A stretch of 64,000 bases of DNA from Hahella sp. (GCA_050299855.1 JBNKWQ010000011.1:25391-89390); one strand, 5' to 3'. Counted from the first letter of the stretch, positions 20,137-31,334 are shown. A program made the numbers and translations. Notes: generated from the sequence alone by a model not told the origin.

Positions 20137-22050
20137 ATGAGTGAGTGGACTACTGAAGATGCGCTCCGGACGTACAATATCAGACACTGGGGTGACAATT
20201 ATATTACCGTCAACACTGCCGGTGAAGTGACTATGCTACCCGGCGGTGAAGACTCTTCATTACAGGTCAGCTTAGTCGAACTGGCTGACAAAATCCGCTC
20301 TCAAGGCCTAAGCTTTCCCGTACTGGTTCGCTTCCCGGACATCCTGCATCATCGTGTTAATCGTCTTTGCCAGGCGTTCAACAGTGCTGCTGAGCAGCTT
20401 GAATATGAAGGCCGCTACACGGCAGTCTATCCAATCAAGGTCAATCAGCAGCGCCGGGTAGTAGAAGAAATTATCGCTGCTGAGCCGGCACGCAGCCAAC
20501 AGCAGATAGGTCTGGAGGCGGGTAGTAAACCAGAGTTGATGGCTGTGCTGGCCCTTAGCCCCAAAAACGGCACTATCGTTTGCAATGGCTATAAGGATCG
20601 TGAGTTTATTCGTCTGGCACTGATTGGACAATTAATGGGCTATCAGGTTTTCATCGTAGTCGAAAAACTCAACGAGCTACACCTGATCCTGGAAGAAAGT
20701 AAAGCACTAGGCATAAAACCCACCATAGGGGTGCGTGCCAGACTGGCCTCCATTGGCAAAGGGAATTGGCAGAACACCGGCGGCGAAAAATCCAAATTCG
20801 GACTTTCCTCGTCACAAATTCTGGATGTATTACAAGTACTGGAAGCCAGGGGAATGCTCGATTGTCTGCAACTGCTGCATTTCCACCTGGGCTCTCAAAT
20901 TGCCAATATCAGAGATATACAAACCGGTCTACGAGAATGCGCGCGTTTTTATGGGGAGTTGCGACGTCTGGGAGCAGACATCTGCATCGTCGATGTCGGA
21001 GGTGGTCTGGGCATCGACTATGAAGGCACCCGTTCTCGTAGTGCCTGTTCGATCAACTATAGTTTGCATGAATATGCCTTCAACGTACTCCGCACATTGA
21101 AGGAAGAGTGCGATCGTACTGGTGTACCGCATCCTAATGTTATTACCGAATCCGGTCGTGCCCTCACCGCCCATCATGCAGTATTGATCACTGACATCAT
21201 CGATCAGGAAAAGGTCACTGGAGGAGGTTTGGCTGAAGAACCACCCGAGGCAGAAGATCCTGCTGTTTTGCGTGATCTTTGGGATGATCTTTGTGCCATC
21301 CGAAATCGCCAGAACAAACGTTCCCTGATAGAGATTTACCACGACGCTGCACATGCCCTGCACGAAGCACAGGGCATGTTTATTCATGGTGTCCTGACAT
21401 TGGACCAACGAGCCAAAGCAGAAAAGCTCTATCAGGCCATGTGCCTGCAGCTCCGCAGTTTATTGACCCCGGACAGTCGCGCTCATCGTGAAATTCTGGA
21501 CGAACTGAATGAGAAGCTGGCAGATAAGATTTTTGTTAATTTTTCACTGTTCCAGTCCTTGCCGGATATCTGGGGAATCGACCAGATATTCCCGATACTA
21601 CCGCTGGCCGGCCTTAACCAGCCTCTAACTCGGCGCGGCGTGATTCAGGATATTACCTGCGATTCCGACGGTCGGATAGATCAGTATGTTGACAGTTATG
21701 GTGTTGAAACCACTCTGCCGTTGCCAACGCTGGAACTAGGTAAAACCAACTTACTGGGCTTCTTTCTCACCGGCGCATACCAGGAAATCCTGGGGGACCT
21801 GCACAATCTGTTTGGTGACACAGACTCTATCGATGTCTATTTTGATGGCCAAGGACAGGTCGAGCTTAAACACAAAATCAGTGGTGACACCGTGGACAAA
21901 GTCTTGCGTTATGTAAACTTTATTCCCGAACAATTAGTCACTGCTTTTGAGAAGAAAATTGACGCGACAGAATTATCAGATGACCAAAAATCCAGTTTTC
22001 TCAGCGAATTGACAGCCGGCCTCAACGGTTATACCTATCTTGAAGAATAG
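20137..22050 (+). CDS. speA: biosynthetic arginine decarboxylase
   Basis: 637 aa of the PLP-dependent fold-III decarboxylase type, with YPIKVNQ and GGGLGIDYEG. It is divergent from speE. Confidence 0.9.
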   Translation: MSEWTTEDALRTYNIRHWGDNYITVNTAGEVTMLPGGEDSSLQVSLVELADKIRSQGLSFPVLVRFPDILHHRVNRLCQAFNSAAEQLEYEGRYTAVYPIKVNQQRRVVEEIIAAEPARSQQQIGLEAGSKPELMAVLALSPKNGTIVCNGYKDREFIRLALIGQLMGYQVFIVVEKLNELHLILEESKALGIKPTIGVRARLASIGKGNWQNTGGEKSKFGLSSSQILDVLQVLEARGMLDCLQLLHFHLGSQIANIRDIQTGLRECARFYGELRRLGADICIVDVGGGLGIDYEGTRSRSACSINYSLHEYAFNVLRTLKEECDRTGVPHPNVITESGRALTAHHAVLITDIIDQEKVTGGGLAEEPPEAEDPAVLRDLWDDLCAIRNRQNKRSLIEIYHDAAHALHEAQGMFIHGVLTLDQRAKAEKLYQAMCLQLRSLLTPDSRAHREILDELNEKLADKIFVNFSLFQSLPDIWGIDQIFPILPLAGLNQPLTRRGVIQDITCDSDGRIDQYVDSYGVETTLPLPTLELGKTNLLGFFLTGAYQEILGDLHNLFGDTDSIDVYFDGQGQVELKHKISGDTVDKVLRYVNFIPEQLVTAFEKKIDATELSDDQKSSFLSELTAGLNGYTYLEE

Positions 22051-22120
22051 AATGATATTCGCTTCTCTTAAGACTCAACTCGACTTTTAAAAATTAACTC
22101 CACATATAAAAGTGGAGAGA

Positions 22121-22591
22121 CTAAATCATACTGCGCAACATCCAGGCAGTTTTTTCATGAAGACTGAGTCGGTCTGATAACAATGAGGCGGTACTTTCAT
22201 CTCCCACCTCCTGTACTGAAGGCATCGCCTTACGAATTGTCCTGACGATGGCTTCATGGTCTTGCGCCAGAATCGCCAGCATCTGATCAGCGACCGGAAC
22301 TCCGTCCTCATCCTGCAAAGATGAGAGTTCGCGATACTTTGCGTAACTGGCGGGGGCATGTTCACCCAAGGTCCGGATACGTTCTGCCACAGCATCGATA
22401 GCAGCAGCCAAATCGGTATATTGCAATTCAGTCAGAGCATGTACTTCCTGAAACCGCGGACCAGTGACATTCCAGTGGAAATTCTGCGTTTTCAAATAAA
22501 GCGTGTAGGTGTCCGCCAGCAATACGGCCAGATCCTGCGCAATGCTGACACGAGCACCTTCAGCAATACCAATATTGATTGGGGTAGTCAT
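22121..22591 (-). CDS. dps: Dps family DNA-protection/ferritin-like protein
   Basis: 156 aa with LKTQNFHWNVTGPRFQEVH and a ferroxidase-site His/Asp/Glu pattern. Confidence 0.85.
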   Translation of the reverse strand: MTTPINIGIAEGARVSIAQDLAVLLADTYTLYLKTQNFHWNVTGPRFQEVHALTELQYTDLAAAIDAVAERIRTLGEHAPASYAKYRELSSLQDEDGVPVADQMLAILAQDHEAIVRTIRKAMPSVQEVGDESTASLLSDRLSLHEKTAWMLRSMI

Positions 22592-22765
22592 ATTTTCCTC
22601 CTGGCTATACTAAATGACTTATTCCGTTAGAATTTTTAACCCTCATTGGAGCCAAATCTAACCTTATCTCAGGATAATAACCCCAGAGGAGGAAATATAT
22701 TTTAAACATTCAACCGGAGTGATAGTTAAACGCTATCAATAGCTATTACTTCAATAGATTTTCAT

Positions 22766-24124
22766 TCAAATTCGCCCTGGGAGGAAAACGATGATGCGCG
22801 TACCGGAACTCTGATCAAGGCGGTCTTCAATATGAATCTGTCCTCCGTAACAGCCTACCAAGTCAGCTACAACTGACAATCCTATACCTTGCCCTATAGG
22901 CCGACTATCAAGACGAACACCTCTGACCATTACCGCTTCACGACCTTCGTCCGGAATTCCAGGGCCATTATCAGCCACCTCAATTTTCAGTAGCTCATTC
23001 TCCACTCCCAACAGTTTAATACTGACTTCGTTGTGACAATATTTGCAGGCGTTATCGATCAGATTTCCCAATATTTCCATTAGATCGGATTCATCTCCTA
23101 AAAATCCAGCATTCTCTTCAATATTGACTGAGATTGTTAACTGACGATCCTGGTATATCTTATTCAAGGCTCCGGTGATACGTTCTACCACCTTGAGAAC
23201 AGGCACGGGTTTTGCCCATACCTGGTGACTACCACTGGAGGCTCTTTTCAACTGGTAGGTAATGACTTCATCCATGCGCGTCACTTGATCTTCAATTTGA
23301 AGGCTGACGTCTTGGCGCATCCCGGATTGCTCCCTAAGCTGCCCACGAATGACCGCCAAGGGTGTTTTCAGGCTGTGAGCAAGATCCCCCAGACTATTGC
23401 GATAACGCTCCCTTTGTCGGCGCTCCACCCCCAGCACTGTGTTCAGAGCATGGGTAAGCGCTCGTAATTCCTGAGGATAGTCTTCTGATATTGTCTCCCT
23501 CTGGGCTTTTTCGACGGCACCTAATTCGCCAACAACCTGATTCAGTGGCCTGAGTATCCAGCGAATCATCAGTCCGATAATTATCATTAAGACCAATGTC
23601 AGGATTCCCAGCCCAGTGCCCAGGACAGTGGTAAATGTCCTTGACTCCTGTCGGATCAGACGCTGCGCCTGCCAAACTTCAAATGTTATTACTGGGGTAT
23701 CTACCACATCGCCAAAGCGAACCGGCAGTTTGATTTGCAGATAGCCGCCATTAGTAGCAATTGGCTGCACTTGAATTTGACCGGTAACGTCTTCCAAAGC
23801 GGAAGTGTCGACGGAAGTATCAATACCCAAGGCTGAAGCGGATTGCCAAAGGATTTGGCCTTCTTCCCCACGAACCAGGGCAAAAAGACCGGACTGCACC
23901 TGATTGAAACGTTCCTCCTGCAACTGTTCCGGCAACCAGACGTCCTTGCCGGAAGGTTCAGCTACGGCAATCAGGCTATATAGCTGGGCAGAGAGTCGTT
24001 CGATGTTGGCCCGCTCCAGACTTTCCTGGTAGGCCCAGTACAGCACCATACCGGCAGTGACCATAAACAAAGGGATCGTCAGCGCAAATAGTCCAACTCG
24101 TGCACGCAGAGAAAGTGATATCAA
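22766..24124 (-). CDS. phoQ: sensor histidine kinase (PhoQ-like)
   Basis: 452 aa with 2 TM segments flanking a periplasmic domain, HAMP, H-box LAHSLKTPLAVI, and N/G boxes NLIDNACKY and DNGPGI. It is paired with a PhoP-like regulator. Confidence 0.7.
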   Translation of the reverse strand: MISLSLRARVGLFALTIPLFMVTAGMVLYWAYQESLERANIERLSAQLYSLIAVAEPSGKDVWLPEQLQEERFNQVQSGLFALVRGEEGQILWQSASALGIDTSVDTSALEDVTGQIQVQPIATNGGYLQIKLPVRFGDVVDTPVITFEVWQAQRLIRQESRTFTTVLGTGLGILTLVLMIIIGLMIRWILRPLNQVVGELGAVEKAQRETISEDYPQELRALTHALNTVLGVERRQRERYRNSLGDLAHSLKTPLAVIRGQLREQSGMRQDVSLQIEDQVTRMDEVITYQLKRASSGSHQVWAKPVPVLKVVERITGALNKIYQDRQLTISVNIEENAGFLGDESDLMEILGNLIDNACKYCHNEVSIKLLGVENELLKIEVADNGPGIPDEGREAVMVRGVRLDSRPIGQGIGLSVVADLVGCYGGQIHIEDRLDQSSGTRIIVFLPGRI

Positions 24125-24136
24125 AAAAACACCTGA

Positions 24137-24835
24137 CTAGTTTTTTTTCTTGTCATCAGTACCTATCGGTAATTCGAACCGGTAACCCTGTCCACGCAAT
24201 GTCGAAATTGGACGAAGGTCACCATCAGGATCCAGTTTCTTCCGCAATCTGCCGATAAAAACCTCAATCACGTTACTGTCGCGATCATAGTCCTGGGCAT
24301 ATAGGTGTTCTGTAAGCTCTGATTTGGAAACAGCCTTCCCGGCCCGATGCATCAGGTATTCCAGCGTATTGTATTCATAGGCGGTCAGTTCCAGTAGTTC
24401 ACCTTTCAAATGAACTGATTTTGCCGCAGTGTCCAGCATCACGGGGCCGGCTTCGATAACGGGGCTGGCAAACCCTGAGGAGCGACGTAATAAAGCGCCC
24501 ATACGTGCCACCAGTTCCGCCAGGTGGAATGGCTTTACCAGGTAATCATCAGCACCCGCTTCAAGGCCGCTGACTTTATCCTGCCAATGGCCACGGGCAG
24601 TGAGAATCAGAATGGGAAAGCTGCGCCCGCTGGTGCGCCAGTCTCTAACCACTTCCAGACCACTTTTGCGCGGCAGGCCAATATCAACAATGGCTAGGTC
24701 ATAGCTAGTCTCCATTCCCATGAAGAGGGCTTCTTCGCCGTCCTCAGCCACATCAACCGCATAGCCCTTGTGGGTTAGCTCTTCCAGAAGCTGGCCGCGC
24801 AATAACACTTCATCTTCAACCAGTAAAATCCGCAT
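24137..24835 (-). CDS. phoP: OmpR-family response regulator (PhoP-like)
   Basis: The receiver is closely colinear with E. coli PhoP (ILTARGHWQDKVSGLEAGADDYLVKPFHLAELVARMGALLRR). A winged-helix C-terminus follows. Confidence 0.75.
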   Translation of the reverse strand: MRILLVEDEVLLRGQLLEELTHKGYAVDVAEDGEEALFMGMETSYDLAIVDIGLPRKSGLEVVRDWRTSGRSFPILILTARGHWQDKVSGLEAGADDYLVKPFHLAELVARMGALLRRSSGFASPVIEAGPVMLDTAAKSVHLKGELLELTAYEYNTLEYLMHRAGKAVSKSELTEHLYAQDYDRDSNVIEVFIGRLRKKLDPDGDLRPISTLRGQGYRFELPIGTDDKKKN

Positions 24836-24908
24836 ACTTGCTTTATTCCTTCACCTATCGGGTTCGCACAGGAAACTTATCATTGGATAGCGCCAGAAGG
24901 CGGAGGTG

Positions 24909-25190
24909 TCAGCCCATGGCTCCAGTGGCACGGTTGACGGAATATGTTTTCACCACCCCATTAGGCAATAGCACCCGCACCTGATAGAAAGCGCCGCGTT
25001 CCTCCACCCTTAGTACTTTGCCACCGGTCTTTCGTTGTACGATTCTTGCTGCCTCGGAAGAGGATATCCCTTCATTCTGGTCTGCAGCCAAAAATGTGGC
25101 GGCAAACTTGGGCGGCCCTGCCGCGTAGCAGGGCTGAACCGGCAGTATTAGAGCCAGCAGGCATATTATGAGGAAGAAAGGTCTGGTCAT
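24909..25190 (-). CDS. small secreted PepSY-domain protein
   Basis: 93 aa with a signal peptide, and a PepSY-like segment AARIVQRKTGGKVLRVEE...YQVRVLLPNGVVKTYSVN. It lies upstream of the two-component pair. Confidence 0.55.
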   Translation of the reverse strand: MTRPFFLIICLLALILPVQPCYAAGPPKFAATFLAADQNEGISSSEAARIVQRKTGGKVLRVEERGAFYQVRVLLPNGVVKTYSVNRATGAMG

Positions 25191-25215
25191 ACCTGAGAAT
25201 ACTTTTTACTTTGGA

Positions 25216-25770
25216 TCAGATGGGTTCAACGGTCACACGTACCCGGATTTTATCTCCGGGCGCATGGCTCATACGGGTCCGGTACTGCTCTCCATGATAC
25301 TGGTATGTAACCCAATATCCTACTGTCTCATCCCTGTAGGACACTTCATAGGAGGTTTCACACTGACGTTCATTAGTGTAATAAACGTTAGTGCTTCCAC
25401 CAGAATTACGCTGACTGACATCATGGCCTATCGCCGCACCCAGCAATGCACCTACTGCGGCACCAACCTGTTTGTTCTTTTTCTTGTGGCCCACTGCGTG
25501 GCCGACTGCGCCACCAATCACACCACCTAATACGGTCCCGGCATAGCCATTCTCGTTAGGCCTGTAGTTTTCGTGGCGAACCTGCTCAGTCCAGCAGTTT
25601 TCCTGGGGAACTCGATCTTCAAACGTTCTTACGATCGGCTCGACATCAACGACCTTTGCATAATCTGTATGTCCATTGCCTGGGGATCCAGCCCAGGCTG
25701 GACTCGCCACTGTTACTGATAGTGCCAAGGCAATCGCTGAACGGTACATTTTTTTTCTATCCGCTTTCAT
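25216..25770 (-). CDS. glycine-zipper 2TM domain outer-membrane/secreted protein
   Basis: Start taken at MKADRKKMYRSAIALALSVTVASPAWA (signal peptide). Glycine zipper GTVLGGVIGGAVGHAVG...GAAVGALLGAAIG. Confidence 0.55.
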   Translation of the reverse strand: MKADRKKMYRSAIALALSVTVASPAWAGSPGNGHTDYAKVVDVEPIVRTFEDRVPQENCWTEQVRHENYRPNENGYAGTVLGGVIGGAVGHAVGHKKKNKQVGAAVGALLGAAIGHDVSQRNSGGSTNVYYTNERQCETSYEVSYRDETVGYWVTYQYHGEQYRTRMSHAPGDKIRVRVTVEPI

Positions 25771-25877
25771 GAGTGAATCTCCTTCATTGATGATGGGCTC
25801 CACTTTAGCGCCGGTAAACTGAATCAAGGCTGAATTAAGCTTTACCGGTTTTAAACTCTGCCAGAGACAGCAACGGC

Positions 25878-26483
25878 TCACTTTGTCGACAGCTGTTCCC
25901 AGTCAGCAACCTCCGATATCAGAAACGTCAATGCGGTCTGATATCTCTCTGCGTCACTTGCCGACCTACGCATGGCAATTATGCCCTGCAATACGGTCAC
26001 CAGATATTTGGCAGCACTGTCCGGATCAATATCATTACGAAGCTGCCGGGCTACCTGAGTTCGCTGGAGGGCATTAAAGATCAGGGCTTCCAGCTTGGCG
26101 TACCAATTATCTACACGACCCTGGATACGCTCATCGGCCAGTCCACGCTCAATTCCCGCATTCTGCACCATGCAGCCCCAGCGCCCTCTATTGCCGGACA
26201 TGGCACCTTTTAACAGGTGCAAATATTGTAACACTGCAGGCAATTCCGCATTAGGTTCCAGCAGAGGTTCAATAAGCCTGTTAATGACGGTCTTGGAATA
26301 ATGGTCCAGTACCAGATGATAAAGCGCGTCTTTATCGCCGTAGCAGTTATAGAGGGAGAATCGGTTAATCCCCAAAGCGCTGACAAGCTGTTGCATGGAT
26401 GTTCCGTCATAACCACGCTCCCAAAACAGCTTCATCGCAATATGCAGCTTTTCCTGCGGATCAAAATTAATTGGACGTCCCAT
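25878..26483 (-). CDS. TetR/AcrR family transcriptional regulator
   Basis: N-terminal HTH FWERGYDGTSMQQLVSALGINRFSLYNCYGDK, 201 aa. Confidence 0.85.
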   Translation of the reverse strand: MGRPINFDPQEKLHIAMKLFWERGYDGTSMQQLVSALGINRFSLYNCYGDKDALYHLVLDHYSKTVINRLIEPLLEPNAELPAVLQYLHLLKGAMSGNRGRWGCMVQNAGIERGLADERIQGRVDNWYAKLEALIFNALQRTQVARQLRNDIDPDSAAKYLVTVLQGIIAMRRSASDAERYQTALTFLISEVADWEQLSTK

Positions 26484-26632
26484 GCACTACCTCATTGATA
26501 ACCAAAACCCGCCTAAAAATCACACAACTCAGACTCATACAATTTTACAGCGGTTAAATTATAACCTTTTCTTGACTGATCATTTAGAAAAATCATATAT
26601 TCCTGAACGATCAGTCAACAACAAGGCACGAT

Positions 26633-27241
26633 ATGAAAATTTTCGAAACACAGGTTGCCCCCAGTCCGCGCAGGGTCAGAATTTTTCTTGCGGAAAAAGG
26701 CATCGACATGGAATACGCCGAAGTTAACCTGCAGAAAGCTGAGCACCTCACGCCGGAATTCAAACAAAAGAACCCTTTCAGCCTGGTTCCCGTGCTGGAA
26801 CTTGATAATGGGACCCATATTGCTGAAACCGTTGCTATTTGCCGCTACTTTGAAGAGATTCACCCAGAGCCGCAACTCTTTGGTCGTGATGCTGAAGAGA
26901 AAGCAAGGGTTGAAATGTGGAATAGACGCAGTGAATTCTATCTCCTTCTGCCTACGGGAATGTGCTTTCAGCACACCGCTGATTACTTCAAGGGCCTAAA
27001 AACCCAAGTCGCGGAATGGGGGGAACTTTGTCGCACCAGGGCAGCCAAGTATTTCGATTTCCTGAACAACCACTTTGCGGACCATGAATTTATGGCCGGT
27101 GACTACTACAGCATTGCCGACATAACGACTCTGTGCGCCCTGGAATTTTCCAAAGTGAACAATCTTCGGGTTACTCCAGAACAGGAACACCTCAATCGCT
27201 GGTTGGGACAAATGCAAAGCCGAGCCAGCTACCGCGCGTGA
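26633..27241 (+). CDS. glutathione S-transferase
   Basis: 202 aa with a thioredoxin-like N-domain ([29 protein letters not shown]-like ETVAICRYF) and a helical C-domain. Confidence 0.8.
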   Translation: MKIFETQVAPSPRRVRIFLAEKGIDMEYAEVNLQKAEHLTPEFKQKNPFSLVPVLELDNGTHIAETVAICRYFEEIHPEPQLFGRDAEEKARVEMWNRRSEFYLLLPTGMCFQHTADYFKGLKTQVAEWGELCRTRAAKYFDFLNNHFADHEFMAGDYYSIADITTLCALEFSKVNNLRVTPEQEHLNRWLGQMQSRASYRA

Positions 27242-27258
27242 AGCCAAGGATTCCCTGT

Positions 27259-27921
27259 ATGATTGATTTATATACTTCGCCAACACCCAACGGCCACAAA
27301 GTCAGTATCGCTCTGGAAGAGATGGCACTGCCCTATTCGGTTATTCCAGTGGACCTGAGTAAGGGTGCCCAGAAGCAACCCGAGTATCTCAAGCTTAATC
27401 CCAATGGACGCATCCCCACTATCGTGGACCGGGACAATGATGACTTCGTGGTGTTCGAGTCGGGTGCCATACTGGTCTACCTTGGAGAAAAATCTGGAAA
27501 ATTCTATCCCTCAGATCTAAAAAAACGCTCTCAGGTATTGCAGTGGGTGATGTTCCAAATGGGAGGCATAGGTCCCATGATGGGACAGGCCAACGTTTTC
27601 TTCCGCTACTTCCCCGAAAAAATTCAACCTGCGATCGACCGCTACCATAAAGAAGTGAAGCGCTTGTTTTCGGTCCTGGATACGCGTTTAGCAGAACACG
27701 AATATTTGGTGGATGACTATAGTATTGCCGATATGGCGAATTGGGCTTGGGTCCGTACTCATAACTGGTCTGGTGTCAGTATTGATGATCTGCCGCACCT
27801 GCAAAGATGGGTTAAGGCTATTGCTACCCGGGAAGCAGTATGCAAGGGGATTGATGTGCCAGCCCGCCCCATTACACCAGAAGAAATAGTTAGAAGTGCG
27901 CAGACGATTGTCGTGCGCTGA
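27259..27921 (+). CDS. glutathione S-transferase, YfcG-like (Nu class)
   Basis: From the ATG at 27259, [21 protein letters not shown]...[11 protein letters not shown]...[10 protein letters not shown] is colinear with E. coli YfcG. The track start at 27133 overlaps the previous gene. Confidence 0.75.
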   Translation: MIDLYTSPTPNGHKVSIALEEMALPYSVIPVDLSKGAQKQPEYLKLNPNGRIPTIVDRDNDDFVVFESGAILVYLGEKSGKFYPSDLKKRSQVLQWVMFQMGGIGPMMGQANVFFRYFPEKIQPAIDRYHKEVKRLFSVLDTRLAEHEYLVDDYSIADMANWAWVRTHNWSGVSIDDLPHLQRWVKAIATREAVCKGIDVPARPITPEEIVRSAQTIVVR

Positions 27922-28064
27922 TTAACGGTGAGCGTATTTTTTAACAGTCAACAGTTGTCTTTTCTGACAGCCAGCAGCTGTATTTGCGGGTTGTCGACAG
28001 TTACCCTAACTGCCTGCTTTCTTCATTGATCGCAGGAAAAACACCATCGTTCGCCTTATCAAGA

Positions 28065-29081
28065 CTAGGGCATGAAGGTCTGCAACATACCGTCTGAACT
28101 CACTGCTACCACCTTTTGCCCTCCGCCAGAGGCCAGGGCCAGTATGGCTCCACTGCTTCCAGGCCCCCAGGCAGAACGCGTTGCGGCTTTCCAATGGTAC
28201 AACTCAGAGCCCGTAGCAGTGTCCACCACATAGATGTCACCTCTGAATGTCCCTAACAGTAACTGTTTGCCGTCAGTGGAAAAGCGGGCAGCAGTAAAAT
28301 TTTCATAACGAAAGTCCAGTTTTGTCAGTGCATCACCGCTGGTAGTGTCCCAGATTACTGAGTCCTCACGTTGGGCGGTAGTAAAAGCCATACGGCCATC
28401 GTCTGACAGTGCCACCGTTTTTACCTGGTTGCTGTGTTCAAAGGTATGTACCAGTGCACCATCCTCCAATCGCCATAAGCGGGCCGACTGATCATCAGAT
28501 CCGGTCAGTGCATAGCGGCCATTGGCACTCAGGGCTACGCCATAGATCTCAGCGGCATGCTGAAATTCATACTGGGCCACACCCTGGTTAATATCAAAGT
28601 ACGCAGCTTGATTATTCTGCATTCCCAGCAAAGCGTAATGTCCGCCAGGCTCCAGCGTCGCTGAAAGGACTTTCGCCGGTGCACGCCAGAAGTTCAGAGA
28701 CTTACCTGAAACCACATCCCAGACCAGTAGATCTGTATCCGTGACGGTGACGGCGACACGACCATTCGGCGAAAGTTCAGCCGCACGATAAGACGTAAAC
28801 TCTCCAGCGCGACGATTCCAGTTATAGCGACGCTCTCCAGTGGCAACGTCCCACAAACTGCCGCCATGCTGAATGGACCCTATCACCACCTGGCTGGCAT
28901 CCTGGGAAAGCCCCGCGCTTAACACTCCCTGGACGGCAACTTCCACCTTATGGTCAGGCCCCGGCGCCTCACAGGCCACAAGCACAACAGACGCAAACAG
29001 GAGAACCAAAGCCTGCGTTACTTTTCTGGGAATGTCATATACGGCAGACGTCTTTGGCGGGATCACACTCGATGGTTCCAT
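28065..29081 (-). CDS. WD40/beta-propeller repeat lipoprotein
   Basis: Lipobox LVAC, then repeated units of the type LS.(N/D)GR.A.T......LW....G. Confidence 0.65.
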   Translation of the reverse strand: MEPSSVIPPKTSAVYDIPRKVTQALVLLFASVVLVACEAPGPDHKVEVAVQGVLSAGLSQDASQVVIGSIQHGGSLWDVATGERRYNWNRRAGEFTSYRAAELSPNGRVAVTVTDTDLLVWDVVSGKSLNFWRAPAKVLSATLEPGGHYALLGMQNNQAAYFDINQGVAQYEFQHAAEIYGVALSANGRYALTGSDDQSARLWRLEDGALVHTFEHSNQVKTVALSDDGRMAFTTAQREDSVIWDTTSGDALTKLDFRYENFTAARFSTDGKQLLLGTFRGDIYVVDTATGSELYHWKAATRSAWGPGSSGAILALASGGGQKVVAVSSDGMLQTFMP

Positions 29082-29216
29082 TAGGGTTTATTGATGAGAT
29101 TACACAAGTGTAGACAAGTGACCTGACATGGCCAAATTTCAAGATTAAAAATAAGGAGTTATCGAAAACCAAAGTTCTTCCCCATGCAGCATCGGAATCC
29201 GGTGATTCTGGGACGG

Positions 29217-29244
29217 CGAAAAAAAACCGGAGGTCTACTCCGGT
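29217..29244 (-). terminator. Rho-independent terminator downstream of rsd
   Basis: On the minus strand: ACCGGAG-tagac-CTCCGGT followed by TTTTTTTTT. Confidence 0.65.
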
Positions 29245-29325
29245 CTTCCTTACTGCCAGACTTGTTTTTCAAGACACGATCAACTGAGAAAATCCAATCC
29301 ATGGACTCAGTCTGACAGCAAAATC

Positions 29326-29799
29326 TCAAGCGACATTATCAGCATGGACTGTATGCAACCTGGCGATCAGCATGTCTTCAAGTTCAAAACGTTCTTCGAG
29401 CTTTTCACCCAATTTTGAAAGCTCAGGAAGCATGGCATTAATTTCTTCCAGCTCTTCCGGAGTCTTATCAAACTTATCGTTAAAATCCAATGCTGACAGG
29501 GTAGTTTTCTGAATGTTAGGGAACAGGTCGTTAACTAACTCCATGCCACCATCATTAAATTCCTGAGCTTCTTCGATAAGTTGCTCGTAGACTTCAAAAT
29601 GCCCGGCGGATACATAATCCAGTAACACTTGACAGAATTGTCGGAAGGTTGTGACTGCAGTTTCACAGTCATCAAAATCTCCACGACCGATCAGGTCACA
29701 ATAACGCACGATCAAATCCTGTCGCTCACGCAGCCAGCGATCAATAATGTCGCTGACTCCACCCCACCGCTCTTTAGCACTTTGGCAGTTTTCTAGCAT
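29326..29799 (-). CDS. rsd: Rsd/AlgQ family anti-sigma-70 factor
   Basis: 157 aa colinear with E. coli Rsd (DRWLRERQDLIVRYCDL, FCQVLLDYVSAGHFEVYEQL). Confidence 0.8.
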   Translation of the reverse strand: MLENCQSAKERWGGVSDIIDRWLRERQDLIVRYCDLIGRGDFDDCETAVTTFRQFCQVLLDYVSAGHFEVYEQLIEEAQEFNDGGMELVNDLFPNIQKTTLSALDFNDKFDKTPEELEEINAMLPELSKLGEKLEERFELEDMLIARLHTVHADNVA

Positions 29800-30209
29800 G
29801 ACTTCACCTTCTCTAGACCTAGCTCTGCAGACGTTATTCTTCTAATGTGTGGTTAATCCGACAGTTGATGTCGTCGATCGGAACTGCTTTCACCCGAATC
29901 ACATTGCTCTATATATTGGTCTAATCCGACACAGAGTCCAACGCTCGGGTTTGCCGATCCTGGAAAGGTAATTACCTTTTCAGGTTCCCTTTGGCTGCCG
30001 AGAAATCAGTGTTTTCCACTATACGCGAACAGCGGATATCGAAACAAGGCCATATCCCGGCTTGGGCAAATTTCTGGCCGAGCTTTTGCACATTTTTATG
30101 TTTGGGATTCATTTTAAAAATACGCAATTGCCGTGAATATTTTCAATTTCAGCAACAACGTTAGACCATCCTGGTTCAGAAGCAGCCACCAAATTCCTGG
30201 CGCCTTGCC

Positions 30210-30707
30210 TTAGCGAGACTTTCTAAGTGCAGTAAAACTCCAGAGAATGACGAAGCCGACGAAGGCAACCGCCGTCCACCCAGGAATACTTAATCCCAAA
30301 AAGACCCATTGGACTTCCGCACATTCTCCAGTTCCTTTGAGCATCATGGTCAATACTTCTGACAATGGAAACGCCTGTAACATGTACTCAAGTCCGGGAC
30401 CACAAACAGGCACTTCATCTGCGGGCAGGCTCTGTAGCCAAAGCTGCCGGGAAGCCAGGGCCAAACCTGCCAGTCCTATCAGGCTGCCGAGAACAGCATA
30501 AACTTTTCCGCCGCCACCTCGCGGGCCATGAATAAACGCCACCAGGAAAACCAGGCCAAGTGCCATAAAGGCAATCCGCTGAGCCATGCATAATGGACAA
30601 GGTTCCAGTCCTTCAACATACTGCAGATAAAATGCAACGCCCATCAATCCCGCGATTAGGGCAAAAGCGGCTCCATAGATCACACGATTTGTCAGCCAGT
30701 TAGGCAT
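30210..30707 (-). CDS. dsbB: disulfide bond formation protein B
   Basis: From the ATG at 30707: MPNWLTNR..., with the CPLC redox pair (EPCPLCMAQR), a second Cys pair and 4 TM segments. The longer track ORF adds an implausible 51 aa. Confidence 0.85.
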   Translation of the reverse strand: MPNWLTNRVIYGAAFALIAGLMGVAFYLQYVEGLEPCPLCMAQRIAFMALGLVFLVAFIHGPRGGGGKVYAVLGSLIGLAGLALASRQLWLQSLPADEVPVCGPGLEYMLQAFPLSEVLTMMLKGTGECAEVQWVFLGLSIPGWTAVAFVGFVILWSFTALRKSR

Positions 30708-30911
30708 AGCAACTCCAACTTTTGATTGAAACACGCGATCAGGAATCAGAAAGACCAGGAAAAGTCTGTCCGCGCGCGGAAAATTACTCGTAAAGGGCTC
30801 TAAGCCTAAGGCAGGATAGGTTATCATAAGCCCCCAGACAATCCATTTGACGTATCGCAAGTGCTTGTCTAGGCTCGAATTAATGAAAATTAATCTGCAT
30901 AAGGCATATCC

Positions 30912-31334
30912 TTGATGGGTTGGCTCAACAAATATTCCTCACTAGTGGCATTACTTGCCGTTCTTGTCTGTCAATCAGCTGCGTGGGCAGAAGAAGGAAG
31001 CTCGAATGGGATGGTTCAATATATTGAGATGAAACCTGCCTTCGTACTCACTTACGGGCCACCATCACCCAAGCTCGCTTACGCCAAGGTGGACATCTCA
31101 CTACGGGTTGATACACGGAAAGCTGCAGAAGCCGTTGAACACCATATGCCGGCACTCAGAAATAGCATCGTACTGCTATTCAGCCAACAAACAGACGAAG
31201 TCATGGGTAACCAGCAGGGTCGGGAACAACTTAGGACAAATGCTCTTAATGCGTTACAGAAATTGATGGAGGAAGAAGAAGGACAACCATTGGTAGAGGA
31301 CTTGCTGTTTACCAACTTTGTGGTGCAGAAATAA
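30912..31334 (+). CDS. FliL-like (flagellar basal-body-associated family) secreted protein
   Basis: 140 aa with a signal peptide. The C-terminal pattern YIEMKPAFVL...AKVDISLRV...PALRNSIVLLFS...LFTNFVVQ resembles the FliL family. Confidence 0.45.
   Translation: MMGWLNKYSSLVALLAVLVCQSAAWAEEGSSNGMVQYIEMKPAFVLTYGPPSPKLAYAKVDISLRVDTRKAAEAVEHHMPALRNSIVLLFSQQTDEVMGNQQGREQLRTNALNALQKLMEEEEGQPLVEDLLFTNFVVQK

Noticed and set aside
27133-27258. Long N-terminal extension of the second GST (track ORF start at 27133)
   Set aside because: It overlaps the end of the preceding GST gene by more than 100 nt and translates to non-GST sequence. The YfcG-like homology begins exactly at the ATG at 27259.
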